From: a virus | Reading direction: 5' to 3' (one strand) | Virus record (IMG/VR): IMGVR_UViG_3300029778_000003 | Coordinates: 1-60,904 of that record | DNA: 60,904 nt | Part shown: positions 25,668 through 35,003 of the stretch, piece by piece | How the letters are laid out: each line of letters begins with the position of its first letter | Numbering within the stretch: the stretch's first letter is position 1 | The notes under the pieces: model-generated | Told to the model about the DNA's origin: nothing | Databases searched by the model: none | Seen by the model: the letters and a program-made list of their open reading frames with translations, nothing else | Made by a program: the position numbers and the translations under genes

Positions 25668-26045
25668 ATGGAATACACCACATTAGAACAAGTCAAAATC
25701 AGACTCAAACAATTTCATATTGATACAGTCACGAATGATGATGATACAACATCTGATGTGGTTGTATTCGATAAAAAGGAAGATAACCCACTCATTGAAC
25801 AGCTCATTAAACAGGCTACGGAAGATGTAAAAGCAAAAAGGTGTTATCCGGACACTTTTACTGATGATGATATAACTGCCGATTTAAAGCAGTTTGAGAA
25901 TGTCGTTATCAATCTTGCTGTCTACGACCATTCACAAGCCGGTGAGAACTACATGAGCGCATTAAGTGAGGGCGGAGTGAGCCGTACATGGAAAGACAGA
26001 GATAAGCTGTTTGTCGGAGTTTTCCCTTTTGTCAAAGTGCTATAA
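25668..26045 (+). CDS. Head-tail connector (gp6-like) protein
   Basis: Position after the capsid gene. DDITADLKQFENVVINLAVYD pattern. ATG 25668 after taaggagc. Confidence 0.6.
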   Translation: MEYTTLEQVKIRLKQFHIDTVTNDDDTTSDVVVFDKKEDNPLIEQLIKQATEDVKAKRCYPDTFTDDDITADLKQFENVVINLAVYDHSQAGENYMSALSEGGVSRTWKDRDKLFVGVFPFVKVL

Positions 26046-26141
26046 GCAAAAGAAGATTGTGCGTTACCAAAATGGTAGCAGGCGGTACACATTAAGTGGT
26101 GGTGGGCGGTGTGCCAATTACCAAAGACGAAAGGCTGTAAG

Positions 26142-26513
26142 ATGAATAATTTAATCTATCAGACATACATTATTGCCTTGCCAATTGTCCTGACAGCGCT
26201 TTTGGGTTATATTGTTTGGCTTTTACAAGAGCAGAAAAAGCAAAAAGCGATAGACACAAAAGAAAGAAACGAGCGCATTGAAGAGGAAAAGAAGCTACGA
26301 CAAGCAAACGGAAAAGGTACAATGTTACTTTTACGAGTACAGCTTATCGAATACCACGATAAGTACATGAAGCTTGGCGAAATTCCCTCATATGCGTATC
26401 AGAATTTTTGCGAGATGTATGACGCATACCACGCACTCGGTGGTAATGGCATGGTAACGAAAATGAAAAATGAGATTGAGGAAATCCATTTAGGCAAAGG
26501 AGGTAAAAGCTGA
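26142..26513 (+). CDS. Membrane-anchored coiled-coil protein (lysis accessory candidate)
   Basis: N-terminal TM YIIALPIVLTALLGYIVWLL, then a charged helix. ATGA overlap with the holin-like gene. Confidence 0.5.
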   Translation: MNNLIYQTYIIALPIVLTALLGYIVWLLQEQKKQKAIDTKERNERIEEEKKLRQANGKGTMLLLRVQLIEYHDKYMKLGEIPSYAYQNFCEMYDAYHALGGNGMVTKMKNEIEEIHLGKGGKS

Positions 26514-26782
26514 TGGACTTTACACAAGTACCTACAGTAGTTGCTATTATGGTAATTACTTATTTAATCGGATATGCTTCAAAGCAGATACCACAGGTTA
26601 AAGATAATATTATTCCTATTATCGTAGGTGTAGCCGGTGGAATACTCGGTATTGTTGGAATGTTTGTAATTCCCGGTTATCCGGCAGACAACATTCTTGA
26701 TGCAATAGCAGTTGGCATTGTGTCAGGCATGGCAAGTACCGGTGTTAATCAGATTTACAAACAGATAAAGAAAAATGCTTGA
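26513..26782 (+). CDS. Holin-like protein
   Basis: 89 aa with 2-3 TM segments (VVAIMVITYLIGY; IIPIIVGVAGGILGIVGMFVI; AIAVGIVSGMASTG) and a basic tail KQIKKNA. Confidence 0.65.
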   Translation: MDFTQVPTVVAIMVITYLIGYASKQIPQVKDNIIPIIVGVAGGILGIVGMFVIPGYPADNILDAIAVGIVSGMASTGVNQIYKQIKKNA

Positions 26783-27200
26783 CATTAATAAACAGGCCAT
26801 GAAATACGCGCTTCAAGGGCAAACTGTCACAGTCTATGAAAAAGACGAGGACGGAAATCTAAAGTTTTACGAAACAGAGGACGGAGAGAAAATATATTAC
26901 ACCCATGAAGAAACAGGCTTTTCGGAGCCGATTGATTTTCGAGCGAATATATCTTTTGACGGAGGAGAAGCGCAGAACAAGGAATATGGCTTTAATACGG
27001 CTGATTTTGATGCTGTTTTGCTGACAGACAGAGGAGAATACCCTTTTAAAAAAGGTGACGTTATTTGGCTCGATAGCGAGCCTGCAAAAGGCGAAAACGG
27101 ATTAGTTGATTCAACTTCCGCAGACTTTACAATAGTGGGAGTAAAACCCTCTCTCTACTCAGTTAAATACATGCTCAAAGCAGTTGTGAAAGAAGTGTAA
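26775..27200 (+). CDS. Head-tail joining / head closure protein candidate
   Basis: 141 aa. Assignment by position in the connector module only. Confidence 0.5.
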   Translation: MLDINKQAMKYALQGQTVTVYEKDEDGNLKFYETEDGEKIYYTHEETGFSEPIDFRANISFDGGEAQNKEYGFNTADFDAVLLTDRGEYPFKKGDVIWLDSEPAKGENGLVDSTSADFTIVGVKPSLYSVKYMLKAVVKEV

Positions 27201-27202
27201 TT

Positions 27203-27736
27203 ATGAAGATTGACGTTTCTCTGACAGAAAAATCTATACAAGATGCGATAGACAAGCTTGAAAGATACAAAGACCGCTTACAAGACAAGTGCATAGCGTT
27301 TGTCGGAGAGCTTGCTAGTAATGGTATAGCTGTAGCGCAAGCAAATACAGGCAATTTCGGACACTATATTACATTTAGTTACGAAATTAAAGACACAACA
27401 GACGGCTGTACAGCTATTATTCTTGCGACAGAAACAGGGCAGATACAAAGCACATGGCAGACGGCAGATGGACTTAAAACAGTTGATGTATCGCCTTTGC
27501 TTATGGCTGAATACGGCTCAGGCTGGAAAGCTAAACCACATTTCAATGACGCAAGGGGCGGTCAGGGCACTTTCCCGGGACAGACACACGCATTCGATAG
27601 TGAGGGTTGGTATTGGAGAGACGAAAGCGGAGAATTACACCATTCATACGGCATTACACCTACAATGCCGATGTATCACGCATTTGTAGAAATGGAAAAT
27701 GACATTATGAGAACGGCACGGAAAAATTTTAGTTGA
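27203..27736 (+). CDS. Tail completion / HK97 gp10-like protein candidate
   Basis: 177 aa. Position. N-terminal KIDVSLTEKSIQDAIDKLERY pattern. Confidence 0.5.
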   Translation: MKIDVSLTEKSIQDAIDKLERYKDRLQDKCIAFVGELASNGIAVAQANTGNFGHYITFSYEIKDTTDGCTAIILATETGQIQSTWQTADGLKTVDVSPLLMAEYGSGWKAKPHFNDARGGQGTFPGQTHAFDSEGWYWRDESGELHHSYGITPTMPMYHAFVEMENDIMRTARKNFS

Positions 27737-27747
27737 GGTGAGATAAA

Positions 27748-28164
27748 GTGGCAAGTCAAAATCAATGGGTATACGACCTTGAAAATCTCACATATGCGAT
27801 TGTGAAAACCCGATGTGAGAAAAAATTGAAAACTAAATATCCCAAGCTAAAATTCACGCAAGAGGAACAGTCGGACAGTGCAACGGCTAGTTTCCCGACA
27901 GTGCTAGTTCAAGCACTCGAACCTATAGAACAGAATGAGGATTTAGAGTGTGAAAGAATAAATACAGTGTTATTTACGGCACAAGTAATTGTTACAACGA
28001 ATAAAAGCCGTTCAGAAGCCTTGAATGTGGCACAGACAGTGGCTAATGAATACAAAGCTATGTCATTCAAGCTGACAACAACCCCATTCGCTAGAAAAAA
28101 CGGCAAAATATGGACTGCAACATTACGTGCTAGGCGGTCATTCGATTGGAATGATAGATTATAA
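27748..28164 (+). CDS. Tail terminator-like protein candidate
   Basis: 138 aa, GTG start after gaggtgag. Immediately upstream of the major tail protein. Confidence 0.5.
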   Translation: MASQNQWVYDLENLTYAIVKTRCEKKLKTKYPKLKFTQEEQSDSATASFPTVLVQALEPIEQNEDLECERINTVLFTAQVIVTTNKSRSEALNVAQTVANEYKAMSFKLTTTPFARKNGKIWTATLRARRSFDWNDRL

Positions 28165-28212
28165 GAGCCTTTTGGCTCTTATTTTTTTATGAAAAATTAG
28201 GAGGTAATACAA

Positions 28213-28713
28213 ATGGCAACAGGATTAAAAAGTAGAATTGCTTACAAGACACCAACCGCATCTGCCACAAGTGGCGATTATTGGGCTGGAACTTACAAGC
28301 TCTTACTTAGAGCAAAATCAATTCCCTCACCATTCGGTTCACAAAACATGGTAGATACTTCAACTCTTGAAGATTTAGTAGAGACGCAGGAAATGGGCAG
28401 ACGTTCAGCCGGTTCCATGGAAGTTGAGGGGGCTTTTGAGAAGAAGTACAAGGATGAGATGGTAACTAACGAGGGCAAGAAGCTCGACTTTATCATTCTT
28501 TATGGTACAGATGGAAAAGGTTCAGAGGGTATCTGTGCTTTTATTGGACAGGAGTCATTCGCCCCAGGTGAGGCATCTGATGACCACTTAACAGGAACTG
28601 CGACTGTATCAGTTCAGACAGTGCCTAAGTGGATTGAGGATAACTACGATGTTGCGGTAACAGAGGATGACCAAGGCTATCCAGCAGAAATCACACTCAC
28701 AAAAAAATCATGA
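28213..28713 (+). CDS. Major tail protein
   Basis: 166 aa, strong aggaggt RBS. Followed by a terminator and the chaperone pair. Confidence 0.7.
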   Translation: MATGLKSRIAYKTPTASATSGDYWAGTYKLLLRAKSIPSPFGSQNMVDTSTLEDLVETQEMGRRSAGSMEVEGAFEKKYKDEMVTNEGKKLDFIILYGTDGKGSEGICAFIGQESFAPGEASDDHLTGTATVSVQTVPKWIEDNYDVAVTEDDQGYPAEITLTKKS

Positions 28714-28796
28714 GCCAATCGAAAAAAGCCGTAGCGGTTGGCTATGATGATAGCACGGCTGACAGCGAACTTGAAGAAACAATATAGTAAGGTAAT

Positions 28797-28822
28797 CGAG
28801 GCAGTGTTAAAACTGCCTCTTT
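28797..28822 (+). terminator. Hairpin terminator/attenuator after the major tail gene
   Basis: gaggcag-tgttaaaa-ctgcctc then ttt. Confidence 0.55.
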
Positions 28823-28856
28823 CCCTATATAAATTAGGGAGAAAGGGAAAAATAAA

Positions 28857-29261
28857 ATGAAAATTAAATTAAACGGAAAAGAATACACAGTTAAATTCGG
28901 ATATGCACCGGTATATAAGAATAAAATTATCCCAAGGCTCGTAGGAATGGAGCAAAAGGGCGAGGGACTTGAAGTCATTGACAACATGCTTGGATTTTTA
29001 CCGGAGTTTTTGCTCGTGGGCTTGCAAAAGTTTCACGCTGACGAATTTGGCTTTGATTTTGACGATAAAGAAGCAAAAGAGAAGCAATTAGCGAAGATGT
29101 ATGATTTGCTTGACGATTATCTCGACCCAGAGAATGAAGAGGGTGGAGATATAATGTCGCTCTACAACGATTTGTCGGCTGAAATGGAGAAAAACAGTTT
29201 TTTATCAAAGATGCTGGCGAAAGAGGTACAGACAGCCAAGAAGAAACCAATCAAGAAGTAA
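28857..29261 (+). CDS. Tail assembly chaperone (gpG-like)
   Basis: 134 aa. Position between the major tail protein and the tape measure. Contains the slippery heptamer. Confidence 0.75.
   Translation: MKIKLNGKEYTVKFGYAPVYKNKIIPRLVGMEQKGEGLEVIDNMLGFLPEFLLVGLQKFHADEFGFDFDDKEAKEKQLAKMYDLLDDYLDPENEEGGDIMSLYNDLSAEMEKNSFLSKMLAKEVQTAKKKPIKK
29198..29204 (+). promoter_or_regulatory. -1 programmed ribosomal frameshift site U UUU UUA
   Basis: In the G frame agT TTT TTA. The -1 frame is open from 29183 through 29656. Confidence 0.7.
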
Positions 29262-29656
29262 AAGAGCTTACATGGGAAGTATATTGTAACGAAATCCGCC
29301 CACATTGGCTCTTGGTAACTAAAGGTTATGGATTTAGCGTTGAGGACATAGATATGTCTTGTCCGGCTGATTTAGAGCCTTATTCAAAGGCTTATATGCT
29401 TGAGCAAAAAGAAGCCGACTCCAACATGTGGGCTTGGTGGGGCACATACGGACTAAGCGCAACTCTTACAGCAATTGACAGAGCTTTGAATGGCAACAAA
29501 GCAAGAGCAAAATACATTGAGAAATCATTAAATGAGCAATACTCAGAAGATAACGAGCCTAAATACAAGGAGTCTAATGAGGAAATTGCCGTTTATGAGA
29601 TGAAGCAACGAATTAACGCATTAAGACAGGTGGGATTACCTGAAAGTCCTGACTAA
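29204..29656 (+). CDS. Frameshift extension of the tail chaperone (gpGT-like T part)
   Basis: The -1 frame reads FFIKDAGERGTDSQEETNQEVKELTWEVYCNEIRPHWLLVTKGYGFS... with no plausible start or RBS of its own (the ORF track uses TTG at 29312). Confidence 0.65.
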   Translation: MKDAGERGTDSQEETNQEVKELTWEVYCNEIRPHWLLVTKGYGFSVEDIDMSCPADLEPYSKAYMLEQKEADSNMWAWWGTYGLSATLTAIDRALNGNKARAKYIEKSLNEQYSEDNEPKYKESNEEIAVYEMKQRINALRQVGLPESPD

Positions 29657-29668
29657 TGAGGTGAAAAT

Positions 29669-30727
29669 ATGGCATATAAAGGAATTGACGTATCGTCATA
29701 TCAAGGAAATATTGATTGGAGTAAGGTTAAGTGGGCTGGAGTGCAATTTGCAATCCTTAAAATAATTCGCAAAGACCTTAATCCGGATAAGACCTTTGAG
29801 CAAAATTGGAAAGGCTGTACTGATGTAGGAATGCCAATACAAGGTGTTTACAACTACTCATACGCTACAACAGTAGATAAGGCAAAGACAGACGCACAGA
29901 GAGTGATTGAGGTACTTAACGGAAGAAAAACTTTCGTTTGGTTAGATGTTGAAGATAAATGTCAGCAAGGACTCGGACAGACACTTATTGATATTATCAA
30001 CACATATCAGAGCGTTATCAAAAGTACCGGGCTTAACTTCGGTGTATACACAGGACTTAGCTTTTACAATCAGTACATTGCGCCATACGCAAATCAGATT
30101 AATTGTCCGTTTTGGATAGCACGTTATCCGTCAACTAAAGGAATGTCTATTGGTGATGAGCCTAATAGCGCAAAGAAGCCTGTTATTCAACATCCTCTGT
30201 ATGGCTGGCAGTATTCAAGCGCGTTTACTTGTAGCGGTCTGAATAACAGTACTGACGCTAACTTACTCTATGTTGAGCTTGGTAAGGGCGATGGAATAGA
30301 GAATAATCCGGCACCAGTAGCAACTCCGACACCAATAGCAACTCCGGTAAAGAATAACGCTTGGAAAGGCAATGAGGAGTATTACCTCGATAATAATGAT
30401 GTAAGAAAATGGCAGCACGCTATGAATGTAGGCTTCGACCTCAAAGGAGCTGATGTACTGAAAGAAGATGGTAAATTTGGAGCCAACTCGCAGGCATTCG
30501 CAAAAAACCACAATCTGTGGAGTGGTCAGAAACATTACTGCCCGACAGCCATTAAGTGGTTGAGAAAAACTCTACATGACAAGTATCATTTCTACAAACT
30601 TGATACTGATTATAAAGAGTGGAGTGACTACCTCACTAAATGTGTCATGGTATTTCAAAAGAATAGAGGTCTTAAGCAAGATGGATATGTTGGATTGATT
30701 ACAACATACTATCTGCTCAAAGACTAA
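29669..30727 (+). CDS. Endolysin: GH25 muramidase plus two peptidoglycan-binding repeats
   Basis: KGIDVSSYQGNIDWSKVKWAGVQFAILK..WLDVE is GH25. VRKWQHAMN..LKEDGKFG and VMVFQKNRGLKQDGYVG are PG_binding_1-like. Confidence 0.9.
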   Translation: MAYKGIDVSSYQGNIDWSKVKWAGVQFAILKIIRKDLNPDKTFEQNWKGCTDVGMPIQGVYNYSYATTVDKAKTDAQRVIEVLNGRKTFVWLDVEDKCQQGLGQTLIDIINTYQSVIKSTGLNFGVYTGLSFYNQYIAPYANQINCPFWIARYPSTKGMSIGDEPNSAKKPVIQHPLYGWQYSSAFTCSGLNNSTDANLLYVELGKGDGIENNPAPVATPTPIATPVKNNAWKGNEEYYLDNNDVRKWQHAMNVGFDLKGADVLKEDGKFGANSQAFAKNHNLWSGQKHYCPTAIKWLRKTLHDKYHFYKLDTDYKEWSDYLTKCVMVFQKNRGLKQDGYVGLITTYYLLKD

Positions 30728-30786
30728 ATACATGAGAGCTACTTTAGTGTAGCTCTCTTTTTTATTACATACAGGGAGGTGAGAAA

Positions 30787-33700
30787 ATGGCAGAGAGCAT
30801 TGAGCTTCAAATCAAGTCAGACGCACAACAAGCGACTAGAGCCATAGGCAATTTACAAGCTAAGCTGCAAGGGCTTGGAGATACTCTCAATTCCCTCAAT
30901 GGTGCAAGCATAAGCAATTTTGCGAGCGGAATGTCACAACTTGCAACATCACTTAGAAGCGTGAGCAGTATTGACACACGTACATTTAGCAAGATTGCCA
31001 CTAACATGGAAAAGCTTGGCAACCTTGATACTGCAAGGCTTGTCAGCTCGGCAAGCGCCTTAAAGAGCATGGCAACAGAATTGTCAGGCTTTGCGAGCAT
31101 ATCAAAGCAATCAGCAGAAATTACACAGCTAACAGCTTCAATTTCAAAGCTTGGCTCAAAATCAGCCGGATACGCTGCGGAGAATATCAGAAACCTTGGC
31201 AGTGCCTTGAAAGAGGTAATGACAACATTATCTAACGCACCGAGAGTCAGCAACAACATTATTCAAATGACCAATGCACTTGCTAATCTGTCACAGCAAG
31301 GCTCAAAAGTCGGCTCGGCTAGTAGGTCACTTGTAACAGGCTTTTCAAACACAACTAAGTCAATTAAGAGTACAAGAAGTGGATTCAGGGGCTTAGCTTC
31401 AACTATCGGTAAGTTTTACGCAACTTATTGGTTGGTTATGCGAGCTGTCGGAAAGCTAGGCGGTGCAGTTGATTTAGCGAGCCAATTAACAGAGGTTCAA
31501 AACGTAGTAGATACCACGTTTGGTGACATGGCAAGCAAGGTTGATGATTTTACAAAAACATCAATTCAAGATTTTGGAATGTCGGAGCTGACAGTTAAGC
31601 AAATATCAAGCCGTTTCCAAGCACTGGGTACTTCTATAGGTATTTCGTCAGAGCAAGTGGCAAATGGTACGGCAGTGGCAAATAAAGCTCTTATGAGTCA
31701 AAATAACACGCTATACAAGACTACAGACAGTATGGCTGATATGTCACTTAATCTTACAAGATTAGCTGGCGATATGGCTTCGTTCTACGATGTAGACCAA
31801 GCTGATGTAGCAAAGAGCTTACAATCTATTTTTTCGGGAACAATAGCACCGCTAAGGAGATACGGACTTGATTTAACACAAGCCACACTTTCAGAATGGG
31901 CTATGAAAAACGGATTTGACGCAAATATTAAATCCATGACGCAAGCTGAAAAGGTATTGCTAAGATATAATTATGTCATGGCAAATACGCAAGCTGCACA
32001 GGGTGATTTTGCCAAGACCGCAAATACCTGGGCTAACAGTGTAAGAGTCCTTAAGCAAGAGTTCCAAGCATGGGGCAGTATCATAGGTAGCGTAGTAATC
32101 AATGCTTTAAAGCCATTTGTCCAAGCCTTAAATAAGGTAATGCTCAAAGTTATCAGTTTCACAAGAACTGTAGCTGACGCACTCGGAGCAATCTTCGGAT
32201 GGACTATCGAGATAAGCGGTCGCGGTGCCACGGCTGACGGCATGGAGGACATAGCTGACGGAGTAGGCGATATTGGTGATAACGCTGATAGTTCCAATAA
32301 GAAAGCGCAAAAACTGAAAAAGACATTGCTTAGTATAGACGAGATACACGCGCTTGATGACAACAGCGATAGTGGCAGTGGTGGCGGTTCAGGCAGTGGC
32401 GGTTCAGGTGGCGGTGGAGCTGACAGTGGTGTTAATAGTTCGCTGAAAAAGACAGATGGACTGCTTGAAAAATACAAATCATCAATCAAAGACCTTTACT
32501 CGCTCGGAAAGTACATCGGTGACGCTCTAGCGAGTGCTATGGAGAGCATTGATTGGCAGAAAATTTATCGGAAAGCTGACAACTTCGGAAAAGGACTTGC
32601 AGACTTCCTTAATGGTTTAATCAGCCCAAGACTCTTTTATGACCTAGGCGCAACAATAGCCGGTTCACTGAATACAGCTTTACATTTCCTCAATTCATTC
32701 GGTACAACATTCGACTGGACTAATTTTGGCTTGTCGATTGCTAACGGCATTAATGGATTCTTTGAGAATTTTGATTTTGCATTGTTGGGGCAGACTATAT
32801 CGGCATGGGCTAAAGGAATACTCTCAACTCTAACAGCAGCAGTAGAGAACACAAATTGGGCTGAAATTGGTACTCAAATAGGTACGTTTTTCGCAAATAT
32901 TGACTGGGTGGGAGTTTTTCAAGATGTTCACGAGCTTGTCAATGGACTTGCAGAGGGCATTATAACAGGGCTTGCAAATTGGTTTAAAGAAGACCCTTTG
33001 AGCGCAACGATTGTAGCCGGTTTTGCTCTTGCAAAATTAACAGGAATAGACGGAAAAGTTGGCGCACTATTATCGTCAAAACTATCAAGCGTTTCTGCAA
33101 AAGTCGGATTAGTCCTTGCGGCAGATGGTGTTTCACTGTTTTTTGACTCAAAAGGAACTGATGTTAATTCCATTGTTTCACCTTTAATGGCAGGACTTGG
33201 AGCTAAACTACTCGGTGCTTCATGGCAAATATCCATTTCTGTAGCTATAGTGCTCGCCGCCGCAAACATAGGCTTAGCAGTGGGAAACTGGATAGCCGGA
33301 ACAGATGTCACTTGGGGGGATATTTTCAAAAACCTAAGTGATACAAGTTGGTGGACTGATTTATTGACATATATTTCGGGAGATTTGGCAAAGTTTGGCG
33401 GAAACCTTGTAACAGATGTAAATAACTGGCTAGTAGACTTCATAAACGGAATTATTACAAAGTTAAATAAACTACCTTTTGTAGAATTGCCACTTATAAG
33501 TGAAAGCGCAAAGGTGACGAAAGATGATGTCAAAAGATACGGAGAAGAAGTAGACCAAGCTGTACAGGATATGCAGAATGGTGTCGGAAAAAGCGTAGGA
33601 AAAACGAACGAGCATATTTCGGGAGCCGGACGCAAACTTGACGAATACAGGAAAAAGACAAAAGACGATACAAGCGACATTAGTTCGTCTCACAAAACCG

Positions 33701-34587
33701 CAAGCGATAGTGTAAAAAACTCTCTAAGCGGTACAAATTCGGCAATAGACGGCACCAAAAATAAAATGGGAGAACTTGAAAGCAAGTCAAGTACAAGCAC
33801 AACCAATTCAAAGGGTGTGTTTAACGGACTTGCAAACGCACTAGGACAAGCATTTAGCAATATAAACTCCGGCATAGACGGAACTAAAGGCAAAATGGGA
33901 GAGATGGAGAATAAGTCAAGTACAAGCTCGACAAATTCTCAAAGTGCTTTCTCAAGGCTTAAAAACGGGCTTTTGGGATTCCTTGCCTCAATAAACAACT
34001 CTATTAATGGCAACAAGGCAAAAATGGGGGAAATGCAAGACAAGGCAAATTCAAGCACAAATGGCGCCAAAAGCTCATTTTCAGATTTCGCAGCCAAAGC
34101 CAGTAGGTCACTTGCAAATACAAACAATTCCATGAGTGGAACAGAAAGGAAGATGAATAATCTGCCTAGTGTTTGGCGAGGAATTAGTTTACCGAGCATA
34201 ACGGCAAAAATTAAAATCCCTCACCTGTCAGTAAGTTGGGAAGATTTTGGAAAATTCAGTTTGCCAAAAATATCTATTAGATATTATCGCCAAGGCGGTT
34301 TCCCAAAGGGCGAGGACGGAATGTTTTTAGCAAACCATAATGAGATGATAGGTAAATTCTCAAACGGCAAAAACGTGGTAGCAAATAATCAACAGATTAC
34401 AGAGGGAATTAAGCAGGCTGTCATGGAGGGCATGGCACAAGTAATGATGAACTCTAATGCCGGCGGAAACTCTGCACCTATCATTGAAAACGTGTTCAAA
34501 TGCGACAGCGAAACGCTCTATCGCATGACACAGGTAGGTAAAGCAAAGCACGGGCAACGATATATTGTAGCAAATGAATTTGGCTAA
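30787..34587 (+). CDS. Tape measure protein
   Basis: 1266 aa, position. Gly/Ser run SGSGGGSGSGGSGGGG. Four degenerate tandem units (..IDGTK.KMGE.E.KSSTS..NS..) around 33715-34165. Confidence 0.92.
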   Translation: MAESIELQIKSDAQQATRAIGNLQAKLQGLGDTLNSLNGASISNFASGMSQLATSLRSVSSIDTRTFSKIATNMEKLGNLDTARLVSSASALKSMATELSGFASISKQSAEITQLTASISKLGSKSAGYAAENIRNLGSALKEVMTTLSNAPRVSNNIIQMTNALANLSQQGSKVGSASRSLVTGFSNTTKSIKSTRSGFRGLASTIGKFYATYWLVMRAVGKLGGAVDLASQLTEVQNVVDTTFGDMASKVDDFTKTSIQDFGMSELTVKQISSRFQALGTSIGISSEQVANGTAVANKALMSQNNTLYKTTDSMADMSLNLTRLAGDMASFYDVDQADVAKSLQSIFSGTIAPLRRYGLDLTQATLSEWAMKNGFDANIKSMTQAEKVLLRYNYVMANTQAAQGDFAKTANTWANSVRVLKQEFQAWGSIIGSVVINALKPFVQALNKVMLKVISFTRTVADALGAIFGWTIEISGRGATADGMEDIADGVGDIGDNADSSNKKAQKLKKTLLSIDEIHALDDNSDSGSGGGSGSGGSGGGGADSGVNSSLKKTDGLLEKYKSSIKDLYSLGKYIGDALASAMESIDWQKIYRKADNFGKGLADFLNGLISPRLFYDLGATIAGSLNTALHFLNSFGTTFDWTNFGLSIANGINGFFENFDFALLGQTISAWAKGILSTLTAAVENTNWAEIGTQIGTFFANIDWVGVFQDVHELVNGLAEGIITGLANWFKEDPLSATIVAGFALAKLTGIDGKVGALLSSKLSSVSAKVGLVLAADGVSLFFDSKGTDVNSIVSPLMAGLGAKLLGASWQISISVAIVLAAANIGLAVGNWIAGTDVTWGDIFKNLSDTSWWTDLLTYISGDLAKFGGNLVTDVNNWLVDFINGIITKLNKLPFVELPLISESAKVTKDDVKRYGEEVDQAVQDMQNGVGKSVGKTNEHISGAGRKLDEYRKKTKDDTSDISSSHKTASDSVKNSLSGTNSAIDGTKNKMGELESKSSTSTTNSKGVFNGLANALGQAFSNINSGIDGTKGKMGEMENKSSTSSTNSQSAFSRLKNGLLGFLASINNSINGNKAKMGEMQDKANSSTNGAKSSFSDFAAKASRSLANTNNSMSGTERKMNNLPSVWRGISLPSITAKIKIPHLSVSWEDFGKFSLPKISIRYYRQGGFPKGEDGMFLANHNEMIGKFSNGKNVVANNQQITEGIKQAVMEGMAQVMMNSNAGGNSAPIIENVFKCDSETLYRMTQVGKAKHGQRYIVANEFG

Positions 34588-34634
34588 GACACTCACCCTT
34601 GCGTGGGTGTCTTTTTATGTGAGGTGATGTACAT

Positions 34635-34991
34635 ATGGCGATGATGTTAGTAGACGGAGTGGAATTACCTACTCCGTCAAGCTTTGAATGGGGCTTGATT
34701 GATGTGTCTGCAAGCGATAGTGGACGTACACAGGACGGCAAAATGCACAAGAATAGAATAGCGCAGAAACGGCAACTTAAATTGTCGTGGAATGGTACAG
34801 ACAAGGCTAGGACAGCAAAGATACTTCAAATGGTGAACCCCGAATATATCAGAGTGACATATCCTGACGCTATGAGCGGAACTGATGAAACACGTACATT
34901 CTATGTGGGTGACAGAACCGCACCTATCAAGATATGGACTGTTGGCAATAAGAGGTATGAGGTATTAAGCTTTCCTCTCATAGAAGAATAA
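34635..34991 (+). CDS. Distal tail protein (Dit)-like, short form
   Basis: 118 aa immediately after the tape measure. GRTQDGKMHKNRIAQKRQLKLSW pattern. Confidence 0.55.
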   Translation: MAMMLVDGVELPTPSSFEWGLIDVSASDSGRTQDGKMHKNRIAQKRQLKLSWNGTDKARTAKILQMVNPEYIRVTYPDAMSGTDETRTFYVGDRTAPIKIWTVGNKRYEVLSFPLIEE

Positions 34992-35003
34992 GGCGGTGAT
35001 TAA

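Noticed and set aside
30807-34804. Numerous minus-strand and alternative-frame ORFs within the tape measure gene (for example 32928..33680 and 31971..32489)
   Set aside because: They are embedded antisense in a 3.8-kb gene with strong synteny support. Their products are Ser/Leu/Pro-rich as expected for antisense of Ala/Gly/Ser-rich coding sequence, and none has an RBS.
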